From the sequence record OP172784: a DNA stretch of 64,000 nt. One strand, 5' to 3'. Made by a program: the position numbers and the translations under genes. This document shows, one piece after another, positions 31,955 through 41,188 of this stretch (positions are counted from its first letter, which is position 1; every line of letters begins with the position of its first letter). The stretch comes from Escherichia phage ECO07P1. Under the pieces are notes generated by a model that saw only the letters and a program-made list of their open reading frames with translations, was not told where the DNA came from and searched no databases.

Positions 31955-32532
31955 AAGCGAGTACAGTACTTCAAATTGCATATTTAGTATCACAAGAATC
32001 CAAATGTTGCTCCTGGAAGGTAGGAGCAGTAATTGAAAAGAATGGACGTATTATTTCTACTGGGTATAATGGTTCGCCCGCAGGCGGTGTGAACTGTTGT
32101 GATTATGCTGCTGAGCAAGGTTGGTTGCTGAATAAGCCTAAACATACTATCATTCAAGGTCATAAGCCCGAATGTGTATCGTTTGGTTCAACTGATCGTT
32201 TTGTCTTAGCGAAAGAACACCGTAGTGCTCACTCTGAATGGTCGTCTAAAAATGAAATTCATGCTGAACTAAATGCAATTTTGTTTGCTGCACGAAATGG
32301 TTCTTCAATTGAAGGTGCTACTATGTATGTAACACTTTCTCCTTGCCCAGATTGTGCAAAAGCGATAGCTCAATCTGGAATTAAAAAGCTGGTTTATTGC
32401 GAAACATACGATAAGAATAAACCTGGCTGGGATGATATTCTGCGAAATGCAGGTATTGAAGTGTTCAATGTTCCTAAGAAAAACTTGAATAAGTTAAATT
32501 GGGAAAATATCAACGAATTCTGTGGTGAATAA
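31951..32532 (+). CDS. cd: dCMP deaminase
   Basis: 193-aa ORF with cytidine/deoxycytidylate deaminase zinc motifs (HAE...PCxxC). Confidence 0.9.
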   Translation: MKASTVLQIAYLVSQESKCCSWKVGAVIEKNGRIISTGYNGSPAGGVNCCDYAAEQGWLLNKPKHTIIQGHKPECVSFGSTDRFVLAKEHRSAHSEWSSKNEIHAELNAILFAARNGSSIEGATMYVTLSPCPDCAKAIAQSGIKKLVYCETYDKNKPGWDDILRNAGIEVFNVPKKNLNKLNWENINEFCGE

Positions 32533-32768
32533 TGAAATTTCGTTTGGTACAACTCACAGCAATTAGTTCTTATTCTAATGAGAATATTTCATTTGCTGTA
32601 GAGTATAAGAAATATTTTTTCTCTAAATGGAAACAGTATTATAAGTCAGAATGGGTTTGTATTGATAGGCCGTATAGTTGGAAATCTGATTTAGAAAAAT
32701 GCCAAAAATTGCTTTCCACTCTTAAAGAACGTGGAACAACCCATATTAAAACTGTAATAGGTAAATAA
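32532..32768 (+). CDS. hypothetical protein (31.2 position)
   Basis: Track ORF. Confidence 0.5.
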   Translation: MKFRLVQLTAISSYSNENISFAVEYKKYFFSKWKQYYKSEWVCIDRPYSWKSDLEKCQKLLSTLKERGTTHIKTVIGK

Positions 32769-33077
32769 ATGAAACTGACGACTGAACAAAAAGTAGCAAT
32801 TCGTGAAATTTTGAAAACTAAATTGTCCATGGGTATTTCAAACGTGGTTTTTGAAAAGTCTGATGGTACTATTCGTACTATGAAAGGCACTCGTGATGCT
32901 GACTTTATGCCAACTATGCAAACCGGTAAATTGACTGAATCTACTCGGAAAGAATCTATTGATATGATTCCAGTATTTGATGTTGAGCTTGGTGCATGGC
33001 GAGGTTTTTCTATTGACAAATTGATTTCCGTTAATGGTATGAAAGTTGAGCATTTGCTTCAATTTATTGGTAAATAA
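32769..33077 (+). CDS. hypothetical protein (31.1 position)
   Basis: Track ORF. Confidence 0.5.
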   Translation: MKLTTEQKVAIREILKTKLSMGISNVVFEKSDGTIRTMKGTRDADFMPTMQTGKLTESTRKESIDMIPVFDVELGAWRGFSIDKLISVNGMKVEHLLQFIGK

Positions 33078-33133
33078 ATGCTTTAAGAATTATTTGTTAT
33101 TATTAATTCATCTGTTAACAAAAAGGAAAAACG

Positions 33134-33469
33134 ATGTCTGAAGTACAACAGCTACCAATTCGTGCTGTCGGTGAATATGTTATTTTAGTTTCTGAACCTG
33201 CACAAGCCGGTGATGAAGAAGTTACAGAATCAGGACTTATTATCGGTAAACGTGTTCAAGGTGAAGTTCCTGAACTGTGTGTAATTCACTCTGTTGGTCC
33301 TGATGTTCCTGAAGGTTTCTGTGAAGTTGGTGATTTGACTTCTCTTCCAGTTGGTCAAATTCGAAACGTTCCGCATCCTTTTGTAGCTCTGGGTCTTAAG
33401 CAGCCAAAAGAAATTAAACAAAAATTCGTTACCTGTCACTATAAAGCTATTCCGTGTCTTTATAAGTGA
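33134..33469 (+). CDS. 31: gp31 co-chaperonin (GroES analogue)
   Basis: 111-aa ORF beginning [19 protein letters not shown], recognised as T4 gp31. Confidence 0.9.
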   Translation: MSEVQQLPIRAVGEYVILVSEPAQAGDEEVTESGLIIGKRVQGEVPELCVIHSVGPDVPEGFCEVGDLTSLPVGQIRNVPHPFVALGLKQPKEIKQKFVTCHYKAIPCLYK

Positions 33470-33477
33470 TATAAATA
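33470..33477 (+). promoter_or_regulatory. possible late promoter motif between gene 31 and rIII
   Basis: tataaata immediately after gene 31 stop, about 140 nt upstream of rIII. Confidence 0.3.
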
Positions 33478-33616
33478 ATAATATGAATTGGATGTCGGAA
33501 TAATAAGTTAACCGAACAATTCTATGTGGTAGTCTACAACTGAGAGATCTGTCGAAAGAAGATGAAATTCAGAAGAACGTGACTACCGAGTTTTAATCTC
33601 TAACGAGAATTTTTAA

Positions 33617-33865
33617 ATGATTAAACAATTACAACACGCTCTTGAACTGCAACGAAACGCATGGAATAATGGTCACGAAAACTATGGTGCATCTATTGAT
33701 GTTGAAGCCGAAGCTCTTGAAATCCTGCGTTATTTCAAACATCTGAATCCTGCTCAAACTGCATTAGCTGCTGAGCTTCAGGAAAAAGATGAACTTAAGT
33801 ATGCTAAGCCTCTGGCTTCTGCTGCACGAAAAGCAGTTCGTCACTTTGTGGTAACACTGAAGTAA
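33617..33865 (+). CDS. rIII: rIII lysis inhibition accessory protein
   Basis: 82-aa ORF downstream of gene 31 as in T4. Confidence 0.75.
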   Translation: MIKQLQHALELQRNAWNNGHENYGASIDVEAEALEILRYFKHLNPAQTALAAELQEKDELKYAKPLASAARKAVRHFVVTLK

Positions 33866-34016
33866 TTTATTGGAGAGTCACTGCCTTAGTGTGAAGTTAA
33901 AACGAGGAGCCGTCGAACTTTGTTTTACGGTGTACCTCTTGAATGATGACGGGTTTATGGTTATCCTGTCGTTAAATATCCAAAACCTATGTTCCCCTTG
34001 AGGGCTTGCGCAGGCA

Positions 34017-34235
34017 ATGCCAATAAGTCCTGCATTTTCATTTAAAAGAGAATTTATAATGGCAAAACAAGTTAAAGCAAAGAAAGCAGTTGAAAAGAAA
34101 GTTGGTGATTCTAAACGCGCTGGCTACAAGCGTGGGTCGAACTCTCGTATCAATCAAACTGTTGAGAAGATCATGCGTCGAGCACGTGCGGTTCTTCGAG
34201 ATGATGCTTCTCGTTTTGGTAAGCAGAAAGCATAA
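34017..34235 (+). CDS. hypothetical basic protein (alternative start ATG 34059)
   Basis: Track ORF; Lys/Arg-rich; terminator hairpin downstream. Confidence 0.4.
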   Translation: MPISPAFSFKREFIMAKQVKAKKAVEKKVGDSKRAGYKRGSNSRINQTVEKIMRRARAVLRDDASRFGKQKA

Positions 34236-34240
34236 GTTGA

Positions 34241-34266
34241 GGACTCCTTCGGGAGTCCTTTTTTAT
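34241..34266 (+). terminator. intrinsic terminator (UUCG hairpin plus T-run)
   Basis: ggactcc-ttcg-ggagtcc followed by tttttt. Confidence 0.8.
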
Positions 34267-34287
34267 TTTCCAAAGATTGCACAAAGT

Positions 34288-34318
34288 TGTTTACAGTATA
34301 GTTCCTTTGTGATAGTAT
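34288..34318 (+). promoter_or_regulatory. early promoter for ORF 34346
   Basis: GTTTAC 34288-34293, TG-extended -10 near 34311-34318; upstream A/T-rich region like the motA cassette. Confidence 0.55.
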
Positions 34319-34345
34319 TATCTTACACAAACAAAGGAGAATAAA

Positions 34346-34678
34346 ATGAAAACGATTAATCTGAACGCTACAGTTAAAACTAAATGCTTCAATGGTAAAT
34401 ATGATGAAACTATGTGGTTCTTAATGGCAGTTGAAGGTGATATTATTGAAGTAGAAACAACAGAAGGTATGGGAACAGATTTCACCTTTACAATTCAAGT
34501 TCATAATTTCTTTACTGGTTGGATTTATGAATTGAATACAGTAATCGTTGGAAAAATTGAACAAAATGAATTGGGTGAATGGTATTATGTTACAGCTCGT
34601 CAACGTGCCGAACGCTTAATTGAGAAGATGAAAAAAGTTGGTAAACTTGACATGCAGCACTGGAAAGTAGTAAAATAA
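34346..34678 (+). CDS. hypothetical early protein
   Basis: Track ORF; SD aaggaga; early promoter upstream. Confidence 0.5.
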   Translation: MKTINLNATVKTKCFNGKYDETMWFLMAVEGDIIEVETTEGMGTDFTFTIQVHNFFTGWIYELNTVIVGKIEQNELGEWYYVTARQRAERLIEKMKKVGKLDMQHWKVVK

Positions 34679-34680
34679 TT

Positions 34681-34720
34681 GTTTACTTTGGTACAGGATA
34701 TGATATTATATACCTGTACC
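34681..34720 (+). promoter_or_regulatory. early promoter with -10 inside an 8-bp perfect inverted repeat
   Basis: GTTTAC 34681-34686, 17-nt spacer, TGaTATTAT; arms ggtacagg (34690-34697) / cctgtacc (34713-34720). Confidence 0.6.
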
Positions 34721-34746
34721 GCAATTAAACATCTCGGAGAATAAAA

Positions 34747-35112
34747 ATGAATTACATCAACTTTGAACGTAAATATGTTTCTAACGGTATTGCAGGTTCT
34801 ATTGATACTATCTGCCTTTGGAAACATCAAAATGGATCAGTATGCGAAATTGAACAGTATATGACTCCTAACTACGTTTATATGCGATTTGAAAATGGCA
34901 TTACGGTTTCAATCACGAAAGAAGGTTCTTCTTTTAAAATCGCTTTGGATGATGATTTTCGTCAACGTGATTTAGGGACTCATCCTTGCTGGAATGGCGT
35001 TAATCGTAAGCTTCTGGTTAAAACTTGGATTCGTCATATTCTGAGTAATAGAGCTAAACCTGAGCATCTTGAAGCAATCTTTGATGTAGTTCTTAACGAA
35101 TTTGATATTTAA
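34747..35112 (+). CDS. hypothetical early protein
   Basis: Track ORF; SD ggaga; promoter-palindrome upstream. Confidence 0.5.
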   Translation: MNYINFERKYVSNGIAGSIDTICLWKHQNGSVCEIEQYMTPNYVYMRFENGITVSITKEGSSFKIALDDDFRQRDLGTHPCWNGVNRKLLVKTWIRHILSNRAKPEHLEAIFDVVLNEFDI

Positions 35113-35120
35113 AATAAAAT

Positions 35121-35138
35121 AAGGGGCTTCGGCCCCTT
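35121..35138 (+). other. UUCG-tetraloop hairpin (no following T-run)
   Basis: aagggg-c-ttcg-g-cccctt after ORF 34747..35112. Confidence 0.5.
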
Positions 35139-35153
35139 ACTGAGGAAAATACT

Positions 35154-35441
35154 ATGTTTATGACTACTTATTTTGATACTCGTAAAAACTTCTGCGAAGT
35201 AGTTTTCTCTAAGGCGCCTAAAGACCTTCCTGCTCATTTGCAGCCTACCAGTGAATCGATTAAAAACTATGTTAATGTAGTATGTCCTTTAGAGTTCCGT
35301 ACTGTAAATGGGCGTGATACTCTAGCTATCACTAAACTCAACCGTGAAATTGACATTGACCCTTCAATCGCGCGCGAAATTAACATTTCTGATATCGGCG
35401 GCGGTAATGTTAAATCGCATGGTTTTCAGATGAGGTTCTAA
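35154..35441 (+). CDS. hypothetical protein
   Basis: Track ORF; SD gagga. Confidence 0.5.
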   Translation: MFMTTYFDTRKNFCEVVFSKAPKDLPAHLQPTSESIKNYVNVVCPLEFRTVNGRDTLAITKLNREIDIDPSIAREINISDIGGGNVKSHGFQMRF

Positions 35442-35638
35442 TGAAATTCTTTTTAGGTCAAACTGTTGAATTAAAGGGAGTTGGTATACCTGGATTAATT
35501 TCTAAGGTTCTACCTCCATTTAAATGGAGTGGTATTCAAATAAAAGAGGCTTATATTGTTTCCTGGGTAGATGGAAATGAAGACCTTCGTATGGGTGATG
35601 AATTATCTCCTATCTACGGATTAAAGGAATTAATATGA
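35441..35638 (+). CDS. hypothetical protein
   Basis: Track ORF; overlapping stop/start. Confidence 0.45.
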   Translation: MKFFLGQTVELKGVGIPGLISKVLPPFKWSGIQIKEAYIVSWVDGNEDLRMGDELSPIYGLKELI

Positions 35639-35841
35639 ATATAATTAATAAGATTTTTGGAATTCAGTACATTAAGGTTACATATAAAGTAACGTATAAA
35701 GGTCCGTATACCGATGAACATGAAGAGCCACAAGTTCAGTCTATTATATTAGAAAAGGACCCTAACTGGCCAGTTGAATTTCGTCTTCCTTGCTATGGTC
35801 ATTGGGCTGATGTTGAAATTATAAGTATTGAAAATGTCTGA
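35635..35841 (+). CDS. hypothetical protein
   Basis: Track ORF. Confidence 0.45.
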   Translation: MNIINKIFGIQYIKVTYKVTYKGPYTDEHEEPQVQSIILEKDPNWPVEFRLPCYGHWADVEIISIENV

Positions 35842-36292
35842 GTTAGAGATAAGAAGCAATTTTAGATGGCCATCATGCGCATTAAGTAATTTCGCCCAAT
35901 GGCCTTTTGTTATGGACGGTATTCAATTTGGAGGTCTCGAAGGATTCCTCCAAGGATGTAAGGTGAAAAATGTTGAACAACAACGTCGCATATTTGGGTT
36001 ATCCGGGCTTGCCGCCCAACAAGCTGGACGAGCTTATGCTAGAGCTCAGGACCGTGGGACCCTCTTCTGGCTTGGAGTTCCGTTTTCAAGATACTCTCCA
36101 GCGTGGAAAGAATTATACACAAATGCATATTTTGAAGCAGCGATCCAAAACAAGGGATTTCGTGATGCATTACAAGCCTCGAAAGGAAAAGTTTTGAAGC
36201 ACAGCATGGCTAGTGGTCTAACAAAAGATGATACAATACTAACCGAAGCTGAATTTATTGATGTGTTAAACCTATTAAGAGACTCTCTATGA
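35834..36292 (+). CDS. NADAR / YbiA-like (DUF1768) domain protein (T4 30.3 position)
   Basis: Motifs SNFAQWPFVMDG...EGFLQGCK resemble the YbiA/NADAR fold; ATG 35834 overlaps upstream stop; track start 35828 is TTG. Confidence 0.55.
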   Translation: MSELEIRSNFRWPSCALSNFAQWPFVMDGIQFGGLEGFLQGCKVKNVEQQRRIFGLSGLAAQQAGRAYARAQDRGTLFWLGVPFSRYSPAWKELYTNAYFEAAIQNKGFRDALQASKGKVLKHSMASGLTKDDTILTEAEFIDVLNLLRDSL

Positions 36293-37128
36293 AGCCTACT
36301 ATTTTAACTGATATTGATGGAGTATGTTTAAGCTGGCAATCAGGTCTTCCTTATTTTGCTCAGAAATATAATCTTCCGTTAGAACATATTTTAAAAATGA
36401 TCCAAGATGAGAAATTTATTTCTCCAGGTAAACTCTTTAATTGTGATGAAGAACTTGGCGTCAAGTTAATTGAAAAATACAATCGTTCAGATTTTATTCG
36501 TTATTTGTCTCCGTATAAAGATGCCCTGTGTGTAATTAACAAATTAAAAGAAGATTATAATTTTGTAGCTGTTACAGCATTGGGTGATTCTATTGACGCT
36601 CTGTTGAATCGTCAATTTAATTTGAATGCTCTTTTTCCTGGTGCCTTCTCAGAAGTAATGATGTGTGGTCATGATTCTTCAAAAGAAGAGTTATTTAAAA
36701 AGGCAAAAGAGAAATATAACGTAATTTGTTATATTGACGATCTCGCTCACCACTGCGACCATGCGAGTGAAATATTAAATGTTCCTGTTTATTGGATGGC
36801 GCGAGGAGAGCGTGACAATATTCCAAAAACCGCTCAGCGAGTTTATACATGGAATGATGTAGAAAATAAGCTTTTTTCACCAAAGGAAAATAAAGAAAGT
36901 TTTGATAGCGAAAAAGCTATAAAAAATATAATTGAAAAGATGATTAAAAATGATTCTTTTCGTTGGAACACTACCTGGAGAACTCCTGGATTTAATCCTT
37001 ATAATCATCTATATCATCCATATCAGACACATCCGTTTCAGACATGGAACTATATTAAACCTGGTGGAATAGAGTATTTGTATAATAGACCAACTTGTGG
37101 TGATAATATTTTCCAAGGAGCATTCTAA
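36289..37128 (+). CDS. HAD-superfamily hydrolase-like protein
   Basis: N-terminal motif ILTDIDGV (HAD motif I, DxDG) and downstream Asp-rich motif. Confidence 0.5.
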   Translation: MKPTILTDIDGVCLSWQSGLPYFAQKYNLPLEHILKMIQDEKFISPGKLFNCDEELGVKLIEKYNRSDFIRYLSPYKDALCVINKLKEDYNFVAVTALGDSIDALLNRQFNLNALFPGAFSEVMMCGHDSSKEELFKKAKEKYNVICYIDDLAHHCDHASEILNVPVYWMARGERDNIPKTAQRVYTWNDVENKLFSPKENKESFDSEKAIKNIIEKMIKNDSFRWNTTWRTPGFNPYNHLYHPYQTHPFQTWNYIKPGGIEYLYNRPTCGDNIFQGAF

Positions 37129-37397
37129 TGTTTGTCGTTCACACTATTTATGAAAATGAAGGTAATACTACGCGTGATTACGGTCACGTAAATCAATTTT
37201 TTAGATGCAATCCAGAATTCCGAGCTCAAAAAGACGAACGAATTTTTAAAAAATGTGTAGAGCAAGGTTTCATTTACGTCAAGCACTGGATGCAAGGAAA
37301 TAAAGTTAGAACTACATATCATAAGTCTTTGACTGAGCTTAATGATGAATTGATTTATAATAGAGCTGTAAACCAAACTTTGAAGGATGAGCAATGA
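37128..37397 (+). CDS. hypothetical protein (30.1 position)
   Basis: Track ORF; stop overlaps gene 30 start. Confidence 0.5.
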   Translation: MFVVHTIYENEGNTTRDYGHVNQFFRCNPEFRAQKDERIFKKCVEQGFIYVKHWMQGNKVRTTYHKSLTELNDELIYNRAVNQTLKDEQ

Positions 37398-38854
37398 TTC
37401 TTAAAATTCTGAACGAAATAGCATCTATTGGTTCAACTAAGCAGAAGCAAGCAATTCTTGAAAAGAATAAAGATAATGAATTGCTTAAACGAGTATATCG
37501 TCTAACTTATTCTCGTGGGTTACAGTATTATATCAAGAAATGGCCTAAACCTGGTATTGCTACCCAGAGTTTTGGAATGCTGACTCTTACAGATATGCTC
37601 GACTTCATTGAATTCACGTTAGCTACTCGGAAATTGACTGGAAATGCTGCAATTGAGGAATTAACTGGATATATCACTGATGGTAAAAAGGATGATGTTG
37701 AAGTTTTGCGTCGAGTTATGATGCGAGACCTTGAATGCGGTGCTTCAGTATCTATTGCAAACAAAGTTTGGCCAGGTTTAATTCCTGAACAACCTCAAAT
37801 GCTGGCAAGTTCTTATGATGAAAAGGGCATTAATAAGAATATCAAATTTCCAGCCTTTGCCCAGTTAAAAGCAGATGGAGCTCGGTGTTTTGCTGAAGTT
37901 AGAGGTGATGAATTAGATGATGTTCGTCTTTTATCACGAGCTGGCAATGAATATCTAGGATTAGATCTTCTTAAGGAAGAGTTAATCAAAATGACTGCTG
38001 AAGCCCGCCAGATTCATCCAGAAGGTGTGTTAATTGATGGCGAATTGGTATACCATGAGCAAGTTAAAAAGGAACCAGAAGGCCTAGATTTTCTTTTTGA
38101 TGCTCCTGAAATTAGTAAAGCTAAAGAATTCGCCGAAGTAGCTGAATCACGTACTGCATCTAATGGCATCGCCAATAAATCTTTAAAGGGAACCATTTCT
38201 GAAAAAGAAGCCAAATGCATGAAGTTTCAGGTCTGGGATTATGTCCCGTTGGTAGAAATATACGGTCTTCCTGCATTTCGTTTGAAATATGATGTACGTT
38301 TTTCTAAACTAGAACAAATGACATCAGGTTATGATAAAGTAATTTTAATTGAAAACCAGGTAGTAAATAACCTAGATGAAGCTAAGGTAATTTACAAAAA
38401 GTATATTGACCAAGGTCTTGAGGGTATTATTCTCAAAAATACCGATGGATTGTGGGAAAATGCTCGTTCAAAAAATCTTTATAAATTTAAAGAAGTAATT
38501 GATGTTGATTTAAAAATTGTAGGAATTTATCCTCACCGTAAAGACCCTACTAAAGCGGGCGGATTTATTCTTGAATCAGAGTGTGGAAAAATTAAGGTAA
38601 ATGCTGGTTCAGGCTTAAAAGATAAAGCTGGCGTAAAATCACATGAACTTGACCGTACTCGCATTATGGAAAACCAAAATTATTATATTGGAAAAATTCT
38701 AGAATGTGAATGCAATGGTTGGTTAAAATCTGACGGCCGCACTGATTACGTTAAATTATTTCTTCCGATTGCGATTCGTTTACGTGAAGATAAAACTAAA
38801 GCTAATACATTCGAGGATGTATTTGGTGATTTTCATGAGGTAACTGGTCTATGA
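37394..38854 (+). CDS. 30: ATP-dependent DNA ligase
   Basis: 486-aa ORF with adenylation motif KADGAR, recognised as T4 DNA ligase. Confidence 0.95.
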   Translation: MILKILNEIASIGSTKQKQAILEKNKDNELLKRVYRLTYSRGLQYYIKKWPKPGIATQSFGMLTLTDMLDFIEFTLATRKLTGNAAIEELTGYITDGKKDDVEVLRRVMMRDLECGASVSIANKVWPGLIPEQPQMLASSYDEKGINKNIKFPAFAQLKADGARCFAEVRGDELDDVRLLSRAGNEYLGLDLLKEELIKMTAEARQIHPEGVLIDGELVYHEQVKKEPEGLDFLFDAPEISKAKEFAEVAESRTASNGIANKSLKGTISEKEAKCMKFQVWDYVPLVEIYGLPAFRLKYDVRFSKLEQMTSGYDKVILIENQVVNNLDEAKVIYKKYIDQGLEGIILKNTDGLWENARSKNLYKFKEVIDVDLKIVGIYPHRKDPTKAGGFILESECGKIKVNAGSGLKDKAGVKSHELDRTRIMENQNYYIGKILECECNGWLKSDGRTDYVKLFLPIAIRLREDKTKANTFEDVFGDFHEVTGL

Positions 38855-39039
38855 AAGCTTACTTAGAAACAATTGTCATTGCTCAAAAAGAAGGTGGAGA
38901 TGTTTCTACTTCTGTATCACAAGTCATTCTCGAATTTGTAGATGCATATGCTTATAATAAATTTACAGAAACATTTGATGCCTATGAAAAAGGACCAAAG
39001 TTTGAAATATATCGTACTCTCTTACCACTAGATTACTAA
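38851..39039 (+). CDS. hypothetical protein
   Basis: Track ORF; ATGA overlap with gene 30; hairpin downstream. Confidence 0.45.
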   Translation: MKAYLETIVIAQKEGGDVSTSVSQVILEFVDAYAYNKFTETFDAYEKGPKFEIYRTLLPLDY

Positions 39040-39054
39040 AGGCCTTCGGGCCTT
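39039..39054 (+). terminator. UUCG hairpin after ORF 38851..39039, immediately before the alt late promoter
   Basis: aaggcc-ttcg-ggcctt followed by taatttt. Confidence 0.55.
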
Positions 39055-39060
39055 TAATTT

Positions 39061-39068
39061 TATAAATA
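39061..39068 (+). promoter_or_regulatory. late promoter for alt copy 1
   Basis: tataaata 24 nt upstream of alt ATG; SD gagagg follows. Confidence 0.7.
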
Positions 39069-39091
39069 GAATAAACACTAGAGAGGCTATG

Positions 39092-41185
39092 ATGGAACTT
39101 ATTACAGAATTATTTGACGAAGATACTACTCTTCCGATTACAAACTTAAATCCAAAGAAGAAAATACCGCAAATTTTTTCAGTTCATGTTGATGACGCAA
39201 TTGAACAACCAGGCTTTCGTTTATGTACCTATACATCTGGAGGTGATACTAATCGCGATTTAAAAATGGGCGATAAAATGATGCATATTGTTCCTTTTAC
39301 ATTAACTGCTAAAGGTTCAATTGCTAAATTAAAAGGTCTCGGTCCAAGCCCAATTAATTATATCAATTCAGTTTTTACTGTTGCAATGCAGACGATGCGT
39401 CAGTATAAAATTGATGCCTGTATGCTCCGTATTCTTAAGTCTAAAACTGCTGGTCAAGCTCGACAAATTCAAGTTATTGCTGATAGACTTATCCGTAGTC
39501 GTTCGGGTGGCAGATACGTCCTTCTTAAGGAACTCTGGGATTACGATAAAAAGTATGCATATATTCTTATACATCGCAAAAATGTATCACTAGAAGACAT
39601 TCCAGGAGTTCCGGAAATTAGCACCGAGCTCTTTACTAAAGTTGAATCGAAGGTCGGTGATGTTTATATCAATAAAGATACTGGAGCTCAAGTAACTAAA
39701 AATGAGGCAATTGCTGCATCTATTGCGCAAGAAAATGATAAACGTTCTGACCAAGCTGTAATCGTTAAAGTTAAAATTTCCCGTAGAGCAATTGCACAAA
39801 GTCAATCATTAGAATCTTCTAGATTTGAAAGCGAATTATTCCAGAAGTATGAATCTACCGCAGCTAATTTCAATAAACCTGCTACCGCTCCTTTAATTCC
39901 CGAAGCAGAAGAAATGAAACTTGGAATTAATTCATTGGCTTCTAAAACTAAGGCAGCAAAAATTATTGCTGAAGGAACTGCAGATGAACTTCACTATGAT
40001 TATAAATTCTTTTCAAAAAGTGAGGTTAATGAAGTTTCTGAAAAAATTAAAGATGTAATTTTTAACGCGATCAAAAATGAACCGACTACTTCAATAAAAT
40101 GTTTAGAGAAGTATGCAGCAGCTATTAATAAATTCTTTGAAGAATATAAAGATACTTGGCTTGATAAACATAATAAAACCCGTAAAGGACAGCCAGATGA
40201 AGTCTGGGAAGAAATAACTAAAAATTCCTGGAACGCAGCAAAAACTAAATTCCTCAAACGAATGATTTATAGCTTTTCTGGAATTGGTGCAGGTCCAATG
40301 ATTGATATTACTATTGCCCGTGATGGTTCTAAATATACTCCATCACAAAAGCGCGGCATTAGAGAGTATTGTGGTTCAGGATATACTGACATCAATAATC
40401 TTCTTTTAGGACGCTACAATCCAGAACGATATGATGTAATGAGTGAAAAAGAAATTGAATCTGCTATAAATAACTTAGATTCAGCTTTTGAAAATGGTGA
40501 CCGTATACCGGAAGGCATTACAGTTTATCGTGCACAAAGTATGACTGCTCCTATATACGAAGCACTAGTTAAAAATAAAGTGTTCTATTTCAGAAATTTT
40601 GTATCTACTTCTTTAACTCCTATCATTTTTGGGCGTTTTGGAATTACACATGCTGGTATTGGTCTTTTAGAACCAGAAGCTCGTAATGAATTAACAGTTG
40701 ATAAAAATGAAGAAGGAATAACTATTAATCCAAACGAAATAAGAGCGTATAAAGAAAATCCTGAATACGTTAAAGTTCAAATAGGATGGGCAATTGATGG
40801 AGCTCATAAAGTTAATGTTGTATATCCAGGAAGTCTCGGAATAGCAACAGAAGCTGAAGTTATTCTACCACGCGGATTGATGGTCAAAGTTAATAAAATA
40901 ACTGATGCTTCTAATAACGACGGAACAACATCTAATAATACAAAACTCATTCAAGCTGAAGTTATGACTACGGAAGAACTCACCGAATCAGTCATTTATG
41001 ACGGTGACCGTCTAATGGAAACTGGTGAAGTAGTTGCAATGACAGGTGATATTGAAATAGAAGACAGAGTTGACTTTGCATCATTTGTTTCATCAAATGT
41101 TAAACAAAAAGTAGAATCATCTCTTGGAATTATTGCGTCTTGCATAGATATTACAAACATGCCTTACAAGTTCGTTCAAGGATAA
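39092..41185 (+). CDS. alt: Alt ADP-ribosyltransferase (packaged head protein), copy 1
   Basis: ~697 aa; N-terminal MELITE (L/I-x-E protease-site-like); R...STS...E signature (VYRAQ, FVSTSL, EAEVILPRG); late promoter directly upstream. Confidence 0.8.
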   Translation: MELITELFDEDTTLPITNLNPKKKIPQIFSVHVDDAIEQPGFRLCTYTSGGDTNRDLKMGDKMMHIVPFTLTAKGSIAKLKGLGPSPINYINSVFTVAMQTMRQYKIDACMLRILKSKTAGQARQIQVIADRLIRSRSGGRYVLLKELWDYDKKYAYILIHRKNVSLEDIPGVPEISTELFTKVESKVGDVYINKDTGAQVTKNEAIAASIAQENDKRSDQAVIVKVKISRRAIAQSQSLESSRFESELFQKYESTAANFNKPATAPLIPEAEEMKLGINSLASKTKAAKIIAEGTADELHYDYKFFSKSEVNEVSEKIKDVIFNAIKNEPTTSIKCLEKYAAAINKFFEEYKDTWLDKHNKTRKGQPDEVWEEITKNSWNAAKTKFLKRMIYSFSGIGAGPMIDITIARDGSKYTPSQKRGIREYCGSGYTDINNLLLGRYNPERYDVMSEKEIESAINNLDSAFENGDRIPEGITVYRAQSMTAPIYEALVKNKVFYFRNFVSTSLTPIIFGRFGITHAGIGLLEPEARNELTVDKNEEGITINPNEIRAYKENPEYVKVQIGWAIDGAHKVNVVYPGSLGIATEAEVILPRGLMVKVNKITDASNNDGTTSNNTKLIQAEVMTTEELTESVIYDGDRLMETGEVVAMTGDIEIEDRVDFASFVSSNVKQKVESSLGIIASCIDITNMPYKFVQG

Positions 41186-41188
41186 ATC

